Assembly (NCBI GenBank): GCA_028869385.1
Contig: JAGWSR010000061.1
Location: forward strand, 3,526-67,525
Direction of reading: 5' to 3'
Origin: a bacterium
Lineage (GTDB): Bacteria > Vulcanimicrobiota > Vulcanimicrobiia > Vulcanimicrobiales > Vulcanimicrobiaceae
Length of the DNA: 64,000 nt
In this document: positions 1-9,046 of the stretch, in pieces
Numbering within the stretch: position 1 is the stretch's first letter
Layout of the letters: every line of letters starts with the position of its first letter
The notes under the pieces: model-generated
Seen by the model: only the letters and a program-made list of their open reading frames with translations
Database searches by the model: none
Told to the model about the DNA's origin: nothing
Position numbers and translations under genes: made by a program

Positions 1-1045
1 GCGAGAGGTCGAGCGTGAAGTCGGTAAACCAGGGCTGCGCGCTCGCGAGTCCGCGCGGCATGCGCGTGAGGTAGTTCGGCGTGGAGGCGAAGGTTTCGCG
101 GTGTAACTCGCCGTCGCGCACGAGCAGGCAGCCGGCATCGTACGGCGCCTGCAGCCACTTGTGAAAGTCGAACGCGATCGAGTCGGCGCGCTCGATGCCG
201 CGCAGCTTCGGCGCGAGGCTCGGTGCCATCATCGCGGTCGCGCCGAACGCGCCGTCGACGTGGAACCAGAGCTCTTCGCGCGCGCAGATCTCGGCGAGTT
301 CGTCGAGCGGATCGATCGCGCCGACATCGACGGTCCCGGCGTTGCCGATCACCATGAACGGGCGATTGCCGATCTCGCGATCTTCGGCGATCATGCGCGC
401 CACCGTCGTTGGATCGATGCGGTGCAGCGAGTCGGTGCCGAGCACGCGTAGCGAAGCCGAACCGAGCCCGCTCACTTCGAACGCGCGTCGCACGCAGCTA
501 TGCGTGGCGCTCGACGTGTAGGCGATGAGTCGCCCGCCCTCGATGTTGACGCCGGTCTCACGGACGTGCGGCCCGAGGATCTTGGTGCGGGCAACGAGCA
601 CGGCAATGAGGTTCGCCGCCGAGGTGCCGACGGTGAGGACGCCGCTCGCAGCCTCCGGAAATCCGAAGAGTTCGCGAAACCAGCCGATCACCGCGCGCTC
701 CACATAGACGGCGCCGTGATTGCGTCCACCGACGTTGGGGTTCATCGTCGCGGCGAGCAGTTCGGCGAGCGCGCCGGTCGGCGTACCCGAGCCCTGCACC
801 CAACCGAAGAAGCGCGGGTGGATGTTGCCGCTATGGTAGGGCATGATACTCTGCGCGAACTCGTCGTACACGGCTTGCAGCGGGGTCGGATCCTGCGGCA
901 GCGGCTCGGCGAGCCGTGCCTGCACCTCGTCGGGAACGGGCCGCCATGCCGGGCGTTCGCGAACGCCTTCGAGATACGCCATCGCGTCGTCGAGCGCCGC
1001 GTGCGCGAGCGCGCGGAACGCCTGCCAATCCTGGGGGTCGAGCAC
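1..1045 (-). CDS. PLP-dependent group II decarboxylase (aromatic amino acid/glutamate decarboxylase family); 3' end lies outside the window
   Basis: Own minus-strand translation; it is absent from the ORF track because it runs off the edge. Sequence: ..NIHPRFFGWVQGSGTP..TVGTSAANLIAV..HVDGAFGA..DSIAFDFHKWLQAPYDAGCLLV. The D-x-HKW lysine motif and the domain order are typical of group II PLP decarboxylases. The start is set at GTG 1045, the first start after an in-frame TGA. Confidence 0.7.
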   Translation of the reverse strand, partial: MLDPQDWQAFRALAHAALDDAMAYLEGVRERPAWRPVPDEVQARLAEPLPQDPTPLQAVYDEFAQSIMPYHSGNIHPRFFGWVQGSGTPTGALAELLAATMNPNVGGRNHGAVYVERAVIGWFRELFGFPEAASGVLTVGTSAANLIAVLVARTKILGPHVRETGVNIEGGRLIAYTSSATHSCVRRAFEVSGLGSASLRVLGTDSLHRIDPTTVARMIAEDREIGNRPFMVIGNAGTVDVGAIDPLDELAEICAREELWFHVDGAFGATAMMAPSLAPKLRGIERADSIAFDFHKWLQAPYDAGCLLVRDGELHRETFASTPNYLTRMPRGLASAQPWFTDFTLDLS

Positions 1046-1107
1046 GCGCCTCTCTTCGCGATGATGGCCGCGGGTTCCGCGAAGCGGGTACTGGTGGCGG
1101 TAACCTC

Positions 1108-2169
1108 ATGTTCGCACTCGTCGCGCTCGTCGCCGCACTCGTCCTCTTCGCCCTCGCCGGTCGCGTGCGAGCGACGTCGCGCGCGCATGACGAGGGAGCG
1201 GAGCTCGCATCGCTGCGGGCGGTCATCGCCGCTTCCCGCACGTCGAGCGCGGCGGTGCTGGAGACGCTCGCGCGCTCGATGCGCGAGATCGAACCGGGGA
1301 TCGATGCGGTCCTCGCCTTTGCGCCCGACGGAGCGGAACTCGCCTGCGTGCACGCGAGCGGGCGGCGCGTCGATCACTTCGCGCGCGTGCGCGTTCCACG
1401 CGACGCCACGCGATCGCTGCCCGCGCGCGCGGCGCTCGCCGGTCATCGCGTGGAAGGGAGCGACGGCGTCATGCTGCCGACGGATCGTCACGCGCTTGCG
1501 GTGCCGATGCTCGACGGCGGCGGCTTGCGCGCGGTCGTGTATGCGGCCTCGTCGAGCGTGGCGCCGCGATGCGTGGATGCGCTCGTTCGGCGCGTCGAAG
1601 ATGCCGCATGCTCGTACGCGATCGCGCTCGAACGCGAGGCCGATCGCGCCGACGCGACCTACGACGGTCTGACGGGGCTGCTCACGCCGCGAGCCTTTCG
1701 CTTGCGTTTGCGCGAGGAGATCGCGCGCGCGTCGAATGGCCGCGGTGCGGTGCTCACGCTCTGGTTCGTGGATACGGATCGCTTCAAGAGCGTGAACGAT
1801 ACCTGCGGGCATGCGAGCGGCGATGCGGTGCTGCAGGCGATGGCCGCGCTCCTGCGCGCGCATACGGTCGCCGACGTGGATCTCGTGGGGCGCAACGGCG
1901 GCGACGAGTTCTGCACGCTCATCTTCGACGCGCAGAAGAGCGTGGCGATCGAGCGAGCGCAAGGGTTCTGCGATGCGGTGCGCCGTCACGACTTCGGCGT
2001 GCCGATCGCGGTGACGGCGAGCGTCGGCGTGGCAAGCTATCCGTACGACGCCGCCGACGCGAGCGCGCTGCTCGAAGCGGCCGACGCGGCGATGTATTAC
2101 GGCAAGCAGCACGGGCGCGATCGCGTCTCGTTCGCGCTCGACGGCGGGGCCTTCGCGACGTACCGCTAG
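1108..2169 (+). CDS. Diguanylate cyclase (GGDEF domain) with N-terminal TM segment and sensor region
   Basis: Inner ATG of ORF 916..2169. N-terminal hydrophobic MFALVALVAALVLFALAG. C-terminal YDGLTGLLTPRAF..FVDTDRFKSVNDTCGH..GRNGGDEFCTL..SVGVASYP..AMYYGKQHGRDR. No RxxD I-site is visible upstream of GGDEF. Confidence 0.85.
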   Translation: MFALVALVAALVLFALAGRVRATSRAHDEGAELASLRAVIAASRTSSAAVLETLARSMREIEPGIDAVLAFAPDGAELACVHASGRRVDHFARVRVPRDATRSLPARAALAGHRVEGSDGVMLPTDRHALAVPMLDGGGLRAVVYAASSSVAPRCVDALVRRVEDAACSYAIALEREADRADATYDGLTGLLTPRAFRLRLREEIARASNGRGAVLTLWFVDTDRFKSVNDTCGHASGDAVLQAMAALLRAHTVADVDLVGRNGGDEFCTLIFDAQKSVAIERAQGFCDAVRRHDFGVPIAVTASVGVASYPYDAADASALLEAADAAMYYGKQHGRDRVSFALDGGAFATYR

Positions 2170-2210
2170 GCGGGAGCGTTCGGGCACCCGCGAGGCGAAA
2201 GGGCCGAGGG

Positions 2211-3476
2211 ATGTCTCTCCGCTCGCGCGTGCGCGCGGCGCTGCCATTCGCATGTGCCGCACTCTGCATCATCGCCACGACGCTCGTCGCCGAGGCGGCC
2301 GCGCTGCGTCCGAACGGGATCGACCATCGCGTGGACGCGCTGCCCGATGCCATGCTCCTCGCGCGCCCGGCAGCCGCGCTCGTGGACGGTGCGCGCCAGG
2401 CCGCCGCCGCGCGGCTCGAACACTGGCTCGTGCCGGGCTTCTTGATCTCGATTCTCGCGCAGGTGCTCGCGCTCGCGTACTTCTGGCAGTCGGGCGCCGC
2501 CGCGCGCCTGCGCGATGCGCTGCGACGAGCGGTGCGCGATGAGTTCGTGGTGCGCTTTCTCTTCGGTTGCTCGCTCGCGTTCGTGGCGCGCGCGGCCGCA
2601 TTCGTGCCGGAGTTCTATCGCTATCGCATCGAGCGCGCGTGGAGCCTCACGGCGCAGTTGCTCCACGCCTGGAGCGCGCAGTACGCGATCAATACGCTCG
2701 TCTCGATGCTCGTCGCGGGAATCGTGGTCGCCGTCGTGCTATGGCTCGTGGATCGCACGCACCAATGGTACATCTATACGACGGTGGCGATCTTCGCCGC
2801 GAGCATAGGCATCGCGTACCTCAATCCGCTGCTGATCGCGCCGCGGGTGGATCGGTTCGTACCGCTTCCCGCCGCCGTACAGCGCGTCGCCGATCGTCTC
2901 GAGGCGCGCGCGCACGTCGGTGCCCCGATGCTCGAGCAGTTGCATATCGGCGCGCATCGCGACGCTTCGTACGTGCTCGGCTTCGGTTCTTCGACGAGCA
3001 TCGCGGTGGGCGACGTGCTGATCGCCGTCGCGTCCCCGCGCGAGTTGGCCTTCGACCTCGGCAACGAACTCGGCTACGTGGCGATGAATCTGGCGTGGCG
3101 CGTCGCGTTCGCCGATGCGCTCTTTCTCATCATCGGTGCCGCGCTCGCGGTCACCATCGCGGATCGCATCGGATTTCGCCGCGACGACGATCCGGTCTCG
3201 CGCCTCGCGCTCGTCGGTGCGTTGCTCGGCCTGATCTACTTGGCCGTCGTGCCCATCGATAACGCGATGCTCGCGCGGATGTCGCTCGCGGCCGATCGCT
3301 ACGCGGTCGCGTTGACGGGCGATCGCGCCTCGGCGGTGCGCTCGATCGTGCGCGATACCGACGAGAACCTCAAAGAAGTGTGCCCCGACGTCTTCGCGCG
3401 GCTCTTCATGAGCGATACGGCATCGCCGGCCGAGCGCGTGGCCGCCATCAACGGCCTGCCGTCGACCTGTCCCTAG
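2211..3476 (+). CDS. Polytopic membrane protein with Ste24/HtpX (peptidase M48)-like architecture but a degenerate zinc motif
   Basis: Inner ATG (MSLRSRV..) of ORF 1569..3476. It has several TM helices. The segment DASYVLGFGSSTSIAVGDVLIAVASPRELAFDLGNELGYVAMN aligns to the M48 pattern NA..G.G....I.L.D.LL.....E..AVLAHELGH, with HELGH replaced by NELGY. Confidence 0.6.
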   Translation: MSLRSRVRAALPFACAALCIIATTLVAEAAALRPNGIDHRVDALPDAMLLARPAAALVDGARQAAAARLEHWLVPGFLISILAQVLALAYFWQSGAAARLRDALRRAVRDEFVVRFLFGCSLAFVARAAAFVPEFYRYRIERAWSLTAQLLHAWSAQYAINTLVSMLVAGIVVAVVLWLVDRTHQWYIYTTVAIFAASIGIAYLNPLLIAPRVDRFVPLPAAVQRVADRLEARAHVGAPMLEQLHIGAHRDASYVLGFGSSTSIAVGDVLIAVASPRELAFDLGNELGYVAMNLAWRVAFADALFLIIGAALAVTIADRIGFRRDDDPVSRLALVGALLGLIYLAVVPIDNAMLARMSLAADRYAVALTGDRASAVRSIVRDTDENLKEVCPDVFARLFMSDTASPAERVAAINGLPSTCP

Positions 3477-3482
3477 CGGTGC

Positions 3483-4067
3483 TTAGGCGGCGAGAATCAC
3501 GCCGCCGGTCACCTGCGTGCCGACGTGGTGCGCGGTGAGCACCTCGACCACGGCCGCATGCGCCACCCGGCCGTCGACGATCTGCGCCGCCGGAATGCCG
3601 CCGCGCACGCCGAGCGCCGCCGCGCGCATCGCGCTGCGCAGCGACTCGTCCACATCGGGTGCCTCGGCTAAGGCGAGCGCTTCGGCCGGCGTGAGCTCGT
3701 CGATGAGCGCTTGCGTGCGGGGATCGGTAATACCGCCCGCGCGGTGAAAGAAGATCGCGCGCACCGCCGCGCACGCCGCGCCGATCGCCGATGCGACGTC
3801 GTCGGCCACGACCGCCGCATCGCGATTGCCGAAGATGGAGAACGCCGTGGGCTCCACGACGGGAATGTAGCCGGCGCCGATGAGCGTTTCGAGCAGCGGC
3901 GTATGCACGCGACCGATCCCGCTCGGCGTCTGCGGCAAGAGCGCCGCATCGGAGCCGCGCAGCGAGACGGCGACGTTGGAGCTGCGATTGATCGTGCGCA
4001 CGATACGTTGCGCGCAGGCGGGCGTCGGCGCGACGACGATCGGATGGACGTCGTGCTCGGCGAGCAA
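3483..4067 (-). CDS. Amino-acid-kinase fold protein (acetylglutamate kinase-like), probably non-catalytic; true start uncertain
   Basis: ORF 3483..4067 (TTG start). AAK-like order: ..GYIPVVEPTAF..AVVADDVASAIGAA..ELTPAEALALAE..QIVDGRVAHAAVVEVLT..GTQV. Similarity (FSGKAFVVRIDVA..) continues upstream to about 4170 with no ATG/GTG/TTG. The KxGG, HGGG and GGMxxK motifs are all substituted. Confidence 0.55.
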   Translation of the reverse strand: MLAEHDVHPIVVAPTPACAQRIVRTINRSSNVAVSLRGSDAALLPQTPSGIGRVHTPLLETLIGAGYIPVVEPTAFSIFGNRDAAVVADDVASAIGAACAAVRAIFFHRAGGITDPRTQALIDELTPAEALALAEAPDVDESLRSAMRAAALGVRGGIPAAQIVDGRVAHAAVVEVLTAHHVGTQVTGGVILAA

Positions 4068-4223
4068 CGTGAGATCGTCGACGAAGGCGTCGGCAGCGTC
4101 GCGAACGGTCGCAACGTCGATGCGGACGACGAAGGCCTTGCCAGAGAACGCGTTCGTGGCGCTGCACCTCCTGCGGAGTGATACTCCTTATGAACGAAGT
4201 ATCGGCACGAGGCGTTCGCGCGT

Positions 4224-4772
4224 TTACGGCTTCCAGTTGTTGACGAACTGCATCCCGCGTTCGAGCCCTTGCTCGAGCCAGAGCTCCGCGCCGTCGGCGG
4301 CGGCCGCGATGATCTCGGGAAGCCGTGCGGCTTCGTCGGTGGAGAACGGGCTCAGCACGTGATCGATCGTGTCGTGCTGCGGGCGTCCGACGCCGAAGCG
4401 CAGGCGCGGAAAGCGATCGCCGATCGTCGCGATGATCGAGCGCAGCCCGTTGTGCCCGCCGTGGCCGCCGAACGGGCGCATCCGAAGCGCTCCGAACGGC
4501 AGATCCATTTCGTCCACGATCACGAGAATCTGCTCGGGCGGCGTGCGGTACCACGACGAGATCAGGCGCACCGGCGTGCCGCTCAGATTCATGAACGAGG
4601 TCGGCTTGACGAGGACGACGCGGCGCGACGAGTCGAGATGCTGCTCCGCGCTGTCCTTTTTCTTCCACGAACTCACGCCGTATCGGCGCGCGAGCTCGTC
4701 AACAACCATGAACCCGGCATTATGCCGGGTTCGTTCGTACTCTCTACCAGGGTTGCCGAGCCCGACGATCAG
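4224..4772 (-). CDS. pth: Peptidyl-tRNA hydrolase
   Basis: ORF 4224..4709 plus in-frame upstream extension: LIVGLGNPGREYERTRHNAGFMVVDELA..KPTSFMNLSG..DEMDLPFG..GGHGGHNGLRS. The conserved N-terminus, including the catalytic His of TRHNAGF, lies upstream of the first ATG. The 5' end here is set at CTG 4772; ATC 4796 is an alternative. Confidence 0.85.
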   Translation of the reverse strand: MIVGLGNPGREYERTRHNAGFMVVDELARRYGVSSWKKKDSAEQHLDSSRRVVLVKPTSFMNLSGTPVRLISSWYRTPPEQILVIVDEMDLPFGALRMRPFGGHGGHNGLRSIIATIGDRFPRLRFGVGRPQHDTIDHVLSPFSTDEAARLPEIIAAAADGAELWLEQGLERGMQFVNNWKP

Positions 4773-4798
4773 GCGCGGCGGGGCTTGCGTGGCGATCG

Positions 4799-5446
4799 CT
4801 ACTCCTCTTTGACTCCGCCGATGACTTCGGGCGTGGCTTGCTCGGCCGTCGCGCCGGTGGCCGCTTCTTCCAGATGCTGCGCGGTCTTCGAAGCTTCGAT
4901 CGAGACGACGAGGGTGTCGGCCGCGGTGAGCAACTTGAAGCCTTTGGGCAGCGCGATGTCGGAGGCGATTGCGTGCTGATGGATGCCGAGGCCGGTGACG
5001 TCGAGTTCGAGGTGATCGGGCATGCGGTCGATCGGCCCCTCGACTTCGATCTCGTGCACCATCACGTCCATCACGCCGCCGAAATCCTTGACGCCGCGAG
5101 GGACGCCGATGGTGACGACGGGGAGCTTCGCATGCACGGCTTCGTGCGCGGAGACGCGCTGCAGATCGACGTGCGCGACGCGATGCGAGAGCGGGTCGCG
5201 CGCGAGGTCGCGCACGAGCGCGGTGTCGGCCTTCTTGCCGTCCATCGTGAGCGTGATGATGCCGGTGCGGCCGCCAGCGTGCAGCACCTCGTCGAGCGCG
5301 CGAGCCTCGATCGCGAGGTTCATCGGCTCGGCGCCGTGACCGTAGAGCACGCCGGGAATCTTGCCGCTCTTGCGCAGCGCGTGGGCGGCGCCGGAGCCGG
5401 TCTTCTCGCGGCGTTCGATCGAGAGCGAGAGTTCTTTCGTTGCCAT
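4799..5446 (-). CDS. rplY: 50S ribosomal protein L25 / general stress protein Ctc
   Basis: ORF translation: ..REKTGSGAAHALRKSGKIPGVLYGHG..HVDLQRV.. with an acidic C-terminal tail. It sits in the conserved prs-ctc-pth gene order. Confidence 0.9.
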   Translation of the reverse strand: MATKELSLSIERREKTGSGAAHALRKSGKIPGVLYGHGAEPMNLAIEARALDEVLHAGGRTGIITLTMDGKKADTALVRDLARDPLSHRVAHVDLQRVSAHEAVHAKLPVVTIGVPRGVKDFGGVMDVMVHEIEVEGPIDRMPDHLELDVTGLGIHQHAIASDIALPKGFKLLTAADTLVVSIEASKTAQHLEEAATGATAEQATPEVIGGVKEE

Positions 5447-5482
5447 AGGGGTGGGATTGCCTCCGCTCGATAGCGTTGTGGG

Positions 5483-6496
5483 TTAGACCGTCACCGTTTC
5501 GAGCGCCGGTGAAGGCTCGTTCGTAACCGTCTCGTCGCCGTTGAAAAGTTCGGAGACGGATCGGTTGGTGGTGATGCGGCTGATCGCGTCGGCGAATGTC
5601 TGCGCGATCGAAAGCTGCACGAACTTCGGGTGCGTTTTGATGTCGCCGAACGGAATCGTGTTGGTGATGATGATCTTCTCGATCACCGATTTCTCCAGCA
5701 CGTTCACCGCGTCGCCGGCAAAGATGCCGTGCGATGCGACCGTATAGACCTTGGTCGCGCCACGCGCCTTGATCGCTTCCGCCGCCTTCGCGAGCGTGCC
5801 GCCGGTCGAGATCATGTCGTCCACCACCACGGCAATCTTACCCTGAACGTCGCCGACGATATCGGTGACTTCCGAGACGTCGGGTTCGGGGCGGCGCTTG
5901 AAGACGATCGCGAGCGTGCTTTCGAGGCGTTTGGCGAAGAGTTCGGCGCGGTGTACGCCGCCGGCGTCCGGCGAGACGACCACGATCTCGTTCCCCTTGA
6001 GGCCCTCGCGCTTGAGGTAGTCGCAGAGCGTCGGCATCGCGAGAAGATTGTCCACCGGCGTGTCGTAGAAGCCTTGGATCTGCGCGGCGTGCAGGTCCAT
6101 CGTGACCAGACGCTTGGCGCCGGTGACCTTCAGCAGATTGGCGACGACCTTAGCGGAGATCGGCTCGCGGCCTTTGGTCTTTTTATCTTGTTTCGCGTAG
6201 CCGTAGTACGGAATGACCGCGGTGATGCGTGCGGCCGACGCGCGACGCAGCGCGTCGATCATCAGCAAGAGCTCCATCAGGGCGTCGTTGACGCCGTTGC
6301 CGTTGGGCGATTTACAGATGGACTGCACGACGAAGACCTCGGAGCCGCGCACGTTTTCGCCGATCTCGACGCGCGTCTCTTCGTTCTTGAATTTGCTCAC
6401 GAGCGACTTGCCGACGTGAACTTTGAGGCGCTTGGCGATCTCTTCGGCGAGCGCGGGATTCGAGTTTCCGCTGAAGATCAGGGGCGTATGGCTCAA
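5483..6496 (-). CDS. prs: Ribose-phosphate pyrophosphokinase
   Basis: Inner TTG start at 6496 (GGAGAAG about 9 nt upstream) of ORF 5483..6640. Sequence: [57 protein letters not shown]. Confidence 0.9.
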   Translation of the reverse strand: MSHTPLIFSGNSNPALAEEIAKRLKVHVGKSLVSKFKNEETRVEIGENVRGSEVFVVQSICKSPNGNGVNDALMELLLMIDALRRASAARITAVIPYYGYAKQDKKTKGREPISAKVVANLLKVTGAKRLVTMDLHAAQIQGFYDTPVDNLLAMPTLCDYLKREGLKGNEIVVVSPDAGGVHRAELFAKRLESTLAIVFKRRPEPDVSEVTDIVGDVQGKIAVVVDDMISTGGTLAKAAEAIKARGATKVYTVASHGIFAGDAVNVLEKSVIEKIIITNTIPFGDIKTHPKFVQLSIAQTFADAISRITTNRSVSELFNGDETVTNEPSPALETVTV

Positions 6497-6611
6497 CGGG
6501 GTGCTTCTCCGAGGGCTGCAGGGACGGGATGGCAAGGTTCGCGGGGCCCGTCGCCGCTCCCCGTTATGCTCGGCAACCCGGGCCGGGGGCGCGGGTGTCG
6601 AAGAGAGCCCT

Positions 6612-8660
6612 ATGGCGGAGCAGCGATTTACACTCCACACCCCGTTCGCGCTCGCGGGCGATCAGCCGAAGGCGACCGAGGCCCTCGGAGAGGGACTCCT
6701 GCGCGGTGACCGGGCCCAGACGCTCCTCGGCGTGACCGGGAGCGGCAAGACCCTCGCGATGGCGCGCGTCATCGAGCTCGCGCAGAAGCCGGCGCTCGTG
6801 CTCTGCCACAATAAGACGCTCGCGGCGCAGCTTTGCGCCGAGTTCCGTGAGTTCTTCCCGGAGAACGCGGTCGAGTATTTCGTCTCGTACTTCGACTACT
6901 ATCAGCCCGAGGCGTACGTGCCCTCGACCGACACCTACATCGAAAAGGACAGCTCGATCAACGACGAGATCGAGCGCCTGCGCCACTCCGCCACGCAGTC
7001 GCTCCTCACGCGCCGCGACACGCTGATCGTGGCCTCCGTCTCGTGCATCTACGGCTTGGGCTCGCCCTCGGACTATATGGAGATGTCGGCGCGCATCGCG
7101 GTCGGCCAAGAGTTCGATCGCGACACGCTCCTACGCAAGCTCGTGGACATGCAGTACCGGCGCAACGATCTCAACCTCGTGCGCGGTACGTTTCGCGTGC
7201 GCGGCGACGTGCTCGAGTTCGTGGCCGTGGATGAAGAGTTGGTGCATCGCATCGAATTCTTCGGCGACGAGATCGACGCGATCAACGTCGTCAACTTGAT
7301 GACCGGCGAGTACGTCGAGAGCAAGGACGAGGTGCTGATCTTTCCCGCCAAGCACTTCATCACGCCCGACGAAAAATTGCGGCGCGCCGTGCTCTCCATC
7401 GAAGCCGAACTCGACGAGCGTCTCAAATACTTCAAGGAGCACGGAAAACTGCTCGAAGCGCAGCGCCTGGAACAGCGCACGCGCTACGATCTCGATATGC
7501 TGCGCGAGGTCGGCTACTGCAACGGCATCGAGAACTATTCGCGCCACCTCACCGGTCGCGAGCCGGGTTCGACCCCGTGGTGCCTGCTCGACTTTTTCCC
7601 GAAGGATTGCCTGTACTTCATCGACGAGTCGCACGTGACGCTGCCGCAGGTGCGCGGTATGTACGCCGGCGACCGCTCGCGCAAGACCACGCTCGTCGAG
7701 CACGGCTTTCGCCTGCCGAGCGCGCTCGACAACCGGCCGCTCACCTACGATGAGTGGGAGCAGCACGTCAATCAGATCATCTACGTCTCCGCGACGCCCA
7801 CCACGTACGAAGTCGGGCGCAGCACGCAGTGCGTGGAGATGATCATCCGCCCGACCGGTCTCGTGGATCCCGAAGTCGAGGTTCGTCCGACGCGCAATCA
7901 GGTGGATGACCTGATGGAAGAGATTCGCCTGCGCGTCGAGCGTCAGGAGCGCGTGCTCGTGACCACGCTCACCAAGAAGATGGCCGAGGATCTCACCGAC
8001 TTTTTGATCGAGAACGGCTTTAAAGTGCGCTATCTGCACAGCGAGGTGGACACGCTGGAACGCGTGGCGATCCTGCGCGATCTTCGCTTGGGCGTCTTCG
8101 ACGTGCTCGTGGGCATCAATCTCTTGCGCGAAGGTCTCGATCTCCCCGAAGTCTCGCTCGTCGGCATCTTGGATGCCGACAAAGAGGGCTACCTGCGCAG
8201 CGAAACCTCGCTCGTGCAGACGATCGGCCGCGCGGCGCGCAACGTGGAGGGCAAGGTGATCATGTACGCCGACGTGGTGACCGAGTCGATGGCGCGCGCG
8301 ATCGGTGAGACCTCGCGCCGTCGCGACCGGCAGCTCGCGCACAACCGCGAGCACGGCATCGAGCCGCGCTCGGTGCGACGCGAAGTCCGCGACATCCTCA
8401 GCATGATCGGCGCGAACGAGCAGACCACCGAGAAGGTCAAGCTCGAGAAACTGCCGCGCGACGTCGCGGAGCGCATGGCCGCCGATATCGAGAAGAAGAT
8501 GCGCGAGTTCGCGGCCAACCTCGAGTTCGAAAAGGCCGCGGCGCTGCGCGACGAGTTGATCGAGCTGCGCAAGCAGATCGGCGGCAACGAGTCGCTGCTC
8601 TTCCAGGGCAAGGCGCCGAAGATTTTCGCGACCGCGCTCAAGGAACTCGTCGGAAGCTGA
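6612..8660 (+). CDS. uvrB: Excinuclease ABC subunit B
   Basis: Inner ATG of ORF 6423..8660. Motifs: GVTGSGKT Walker A; [11 protein letters not shown]; [17 protein letters not shown]; C-terminal UVR motif [13 protein letters not shown]. Confidence 0.95.
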   Translation: MAEQRFTLHTPFALAGDQPKATEALGEGLLRGDRAQTLLGVTGSGKTLAMARVIELAQKPALVLCHNKTLAAQLCAEFREFFPENAVEYFVSYFDYYQPEAYVPSTDTYIEKDSSINDEIERLRHSATQSLLTRRDTLIVASVSCIYGLGSPSDYMEMSARIAVGQEFDRDTLLRKLVDMQYRRNDLNLVRGTFRVRGDVLEFVAVDEELVHRIEFFGDEIDAINVVNLMTGEYVESKDEVLIFPAKHFITPDEKLRRAVLSIEAELDERLKYFKEHGKLLEAQRLEQRTRYDLDMLREVGYCNGIENYSRHLTGREPGSTPWCLLDFFPKDCLYFIDESHVTLPQVRGMYAGDRSRKTTLVEHGFRLPSALDNRPLTYDEWEQHVNQIIYVSATPTTYEVGRSTQCVEMIIRPTGLVDPEVEVRPTRNQVDDLMEEIRLRVERQERVLVTTLTKKMAEDLTDFLIENGFKVRYLHSEVDTLERVAILRDLRLGVFDVLVGINLLREGLDLPEVSLVGILDADKEGYLRSETSLVQTIGRAARNVEGKVIMYADVVTESMARAIGETSRRRDRQLAHNREHGIEPRSVRREVRDILSMIGANEQTTEKVKLEKLPRDVAERMAADIEKKMREFAANLEFEKAAALRDELIELRKQIGGNESLLFQGKAPKIFATALKELVGS

Positions 8661-8674
8661 GGCAAGTTGCCTGC

Positions 8675-9043
8675 ATGATACTCACGACGATCGCTCTCGT
8701 GGCGCAGGCCGCGCCCAAGCCCACCGCATCGCCGAACGCCGCCGTGATGGCGCACGCGAAGGCGTGGTTTCTCGCGCTGCAGGCGGGAAAGGTGCTCGAT
8801 CCGAGCGCTCTCACCGATCAGATGCGCACCCTGCTTACGCCGAGCACGGTCGCCGGCGTGGCGAAGGCACTCGCGCCGCTCGGCCCGCCGACCGGATTCA
8901 CGCAGCTTTCGACCGGTACGCAAGCGGGCTCGATCTACTTCGTCTATGCCGTAACGTTCAAGACCGGTGAGACGTGGAATTACGTCTATGCCGTTGACGG
9001 AACCGGAAAGATCAGCGGTCTTCGCGTCTCGCCCGCGCAGTAG
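8675..9043 (+). CDS. Small hypothetical protein with a possible signal peptide
   Basis: ORF 8675..9043, N-terminal MILTTIALVAQAAP. No recognisable motif. Coding-like composition in a tight uvrB-mannosidase gap. Confidence 0.4.
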   Translation: MILTTIALVAQAAPKPTASPNAAVMAHAKAWFLALQAGKVLDPSALTDQMRTLLTPSTVAGVAKALAPLGPPTGFTQLSTGTQAGSIYFVYAVTFKTGETWNYVYAVDGTGKISGLRVSPAQ

Positions 9044-9046
9044 CGC

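Noticed and set aside
742-2262. Very long ORFs in the track that run antisense to or out of frame with recognised genes. Examples: 742..2262(-), 500..1672(+), 3448..4668(-), 7131..8354(-), 9257..11227(-), 14539..15702(-), 16526..18448(-), 19058..20560(+), 21460..23238(-), 25236..26627(-), 27509..29464(-).
   Set aside because: Their translations are dominated by Arg/Ala/Pro/Gly runs with no motifs. Each overlaps a strongly supported gene on the other strand or in another frame. Stop-codon scarcity at about 70% G+C explains them.
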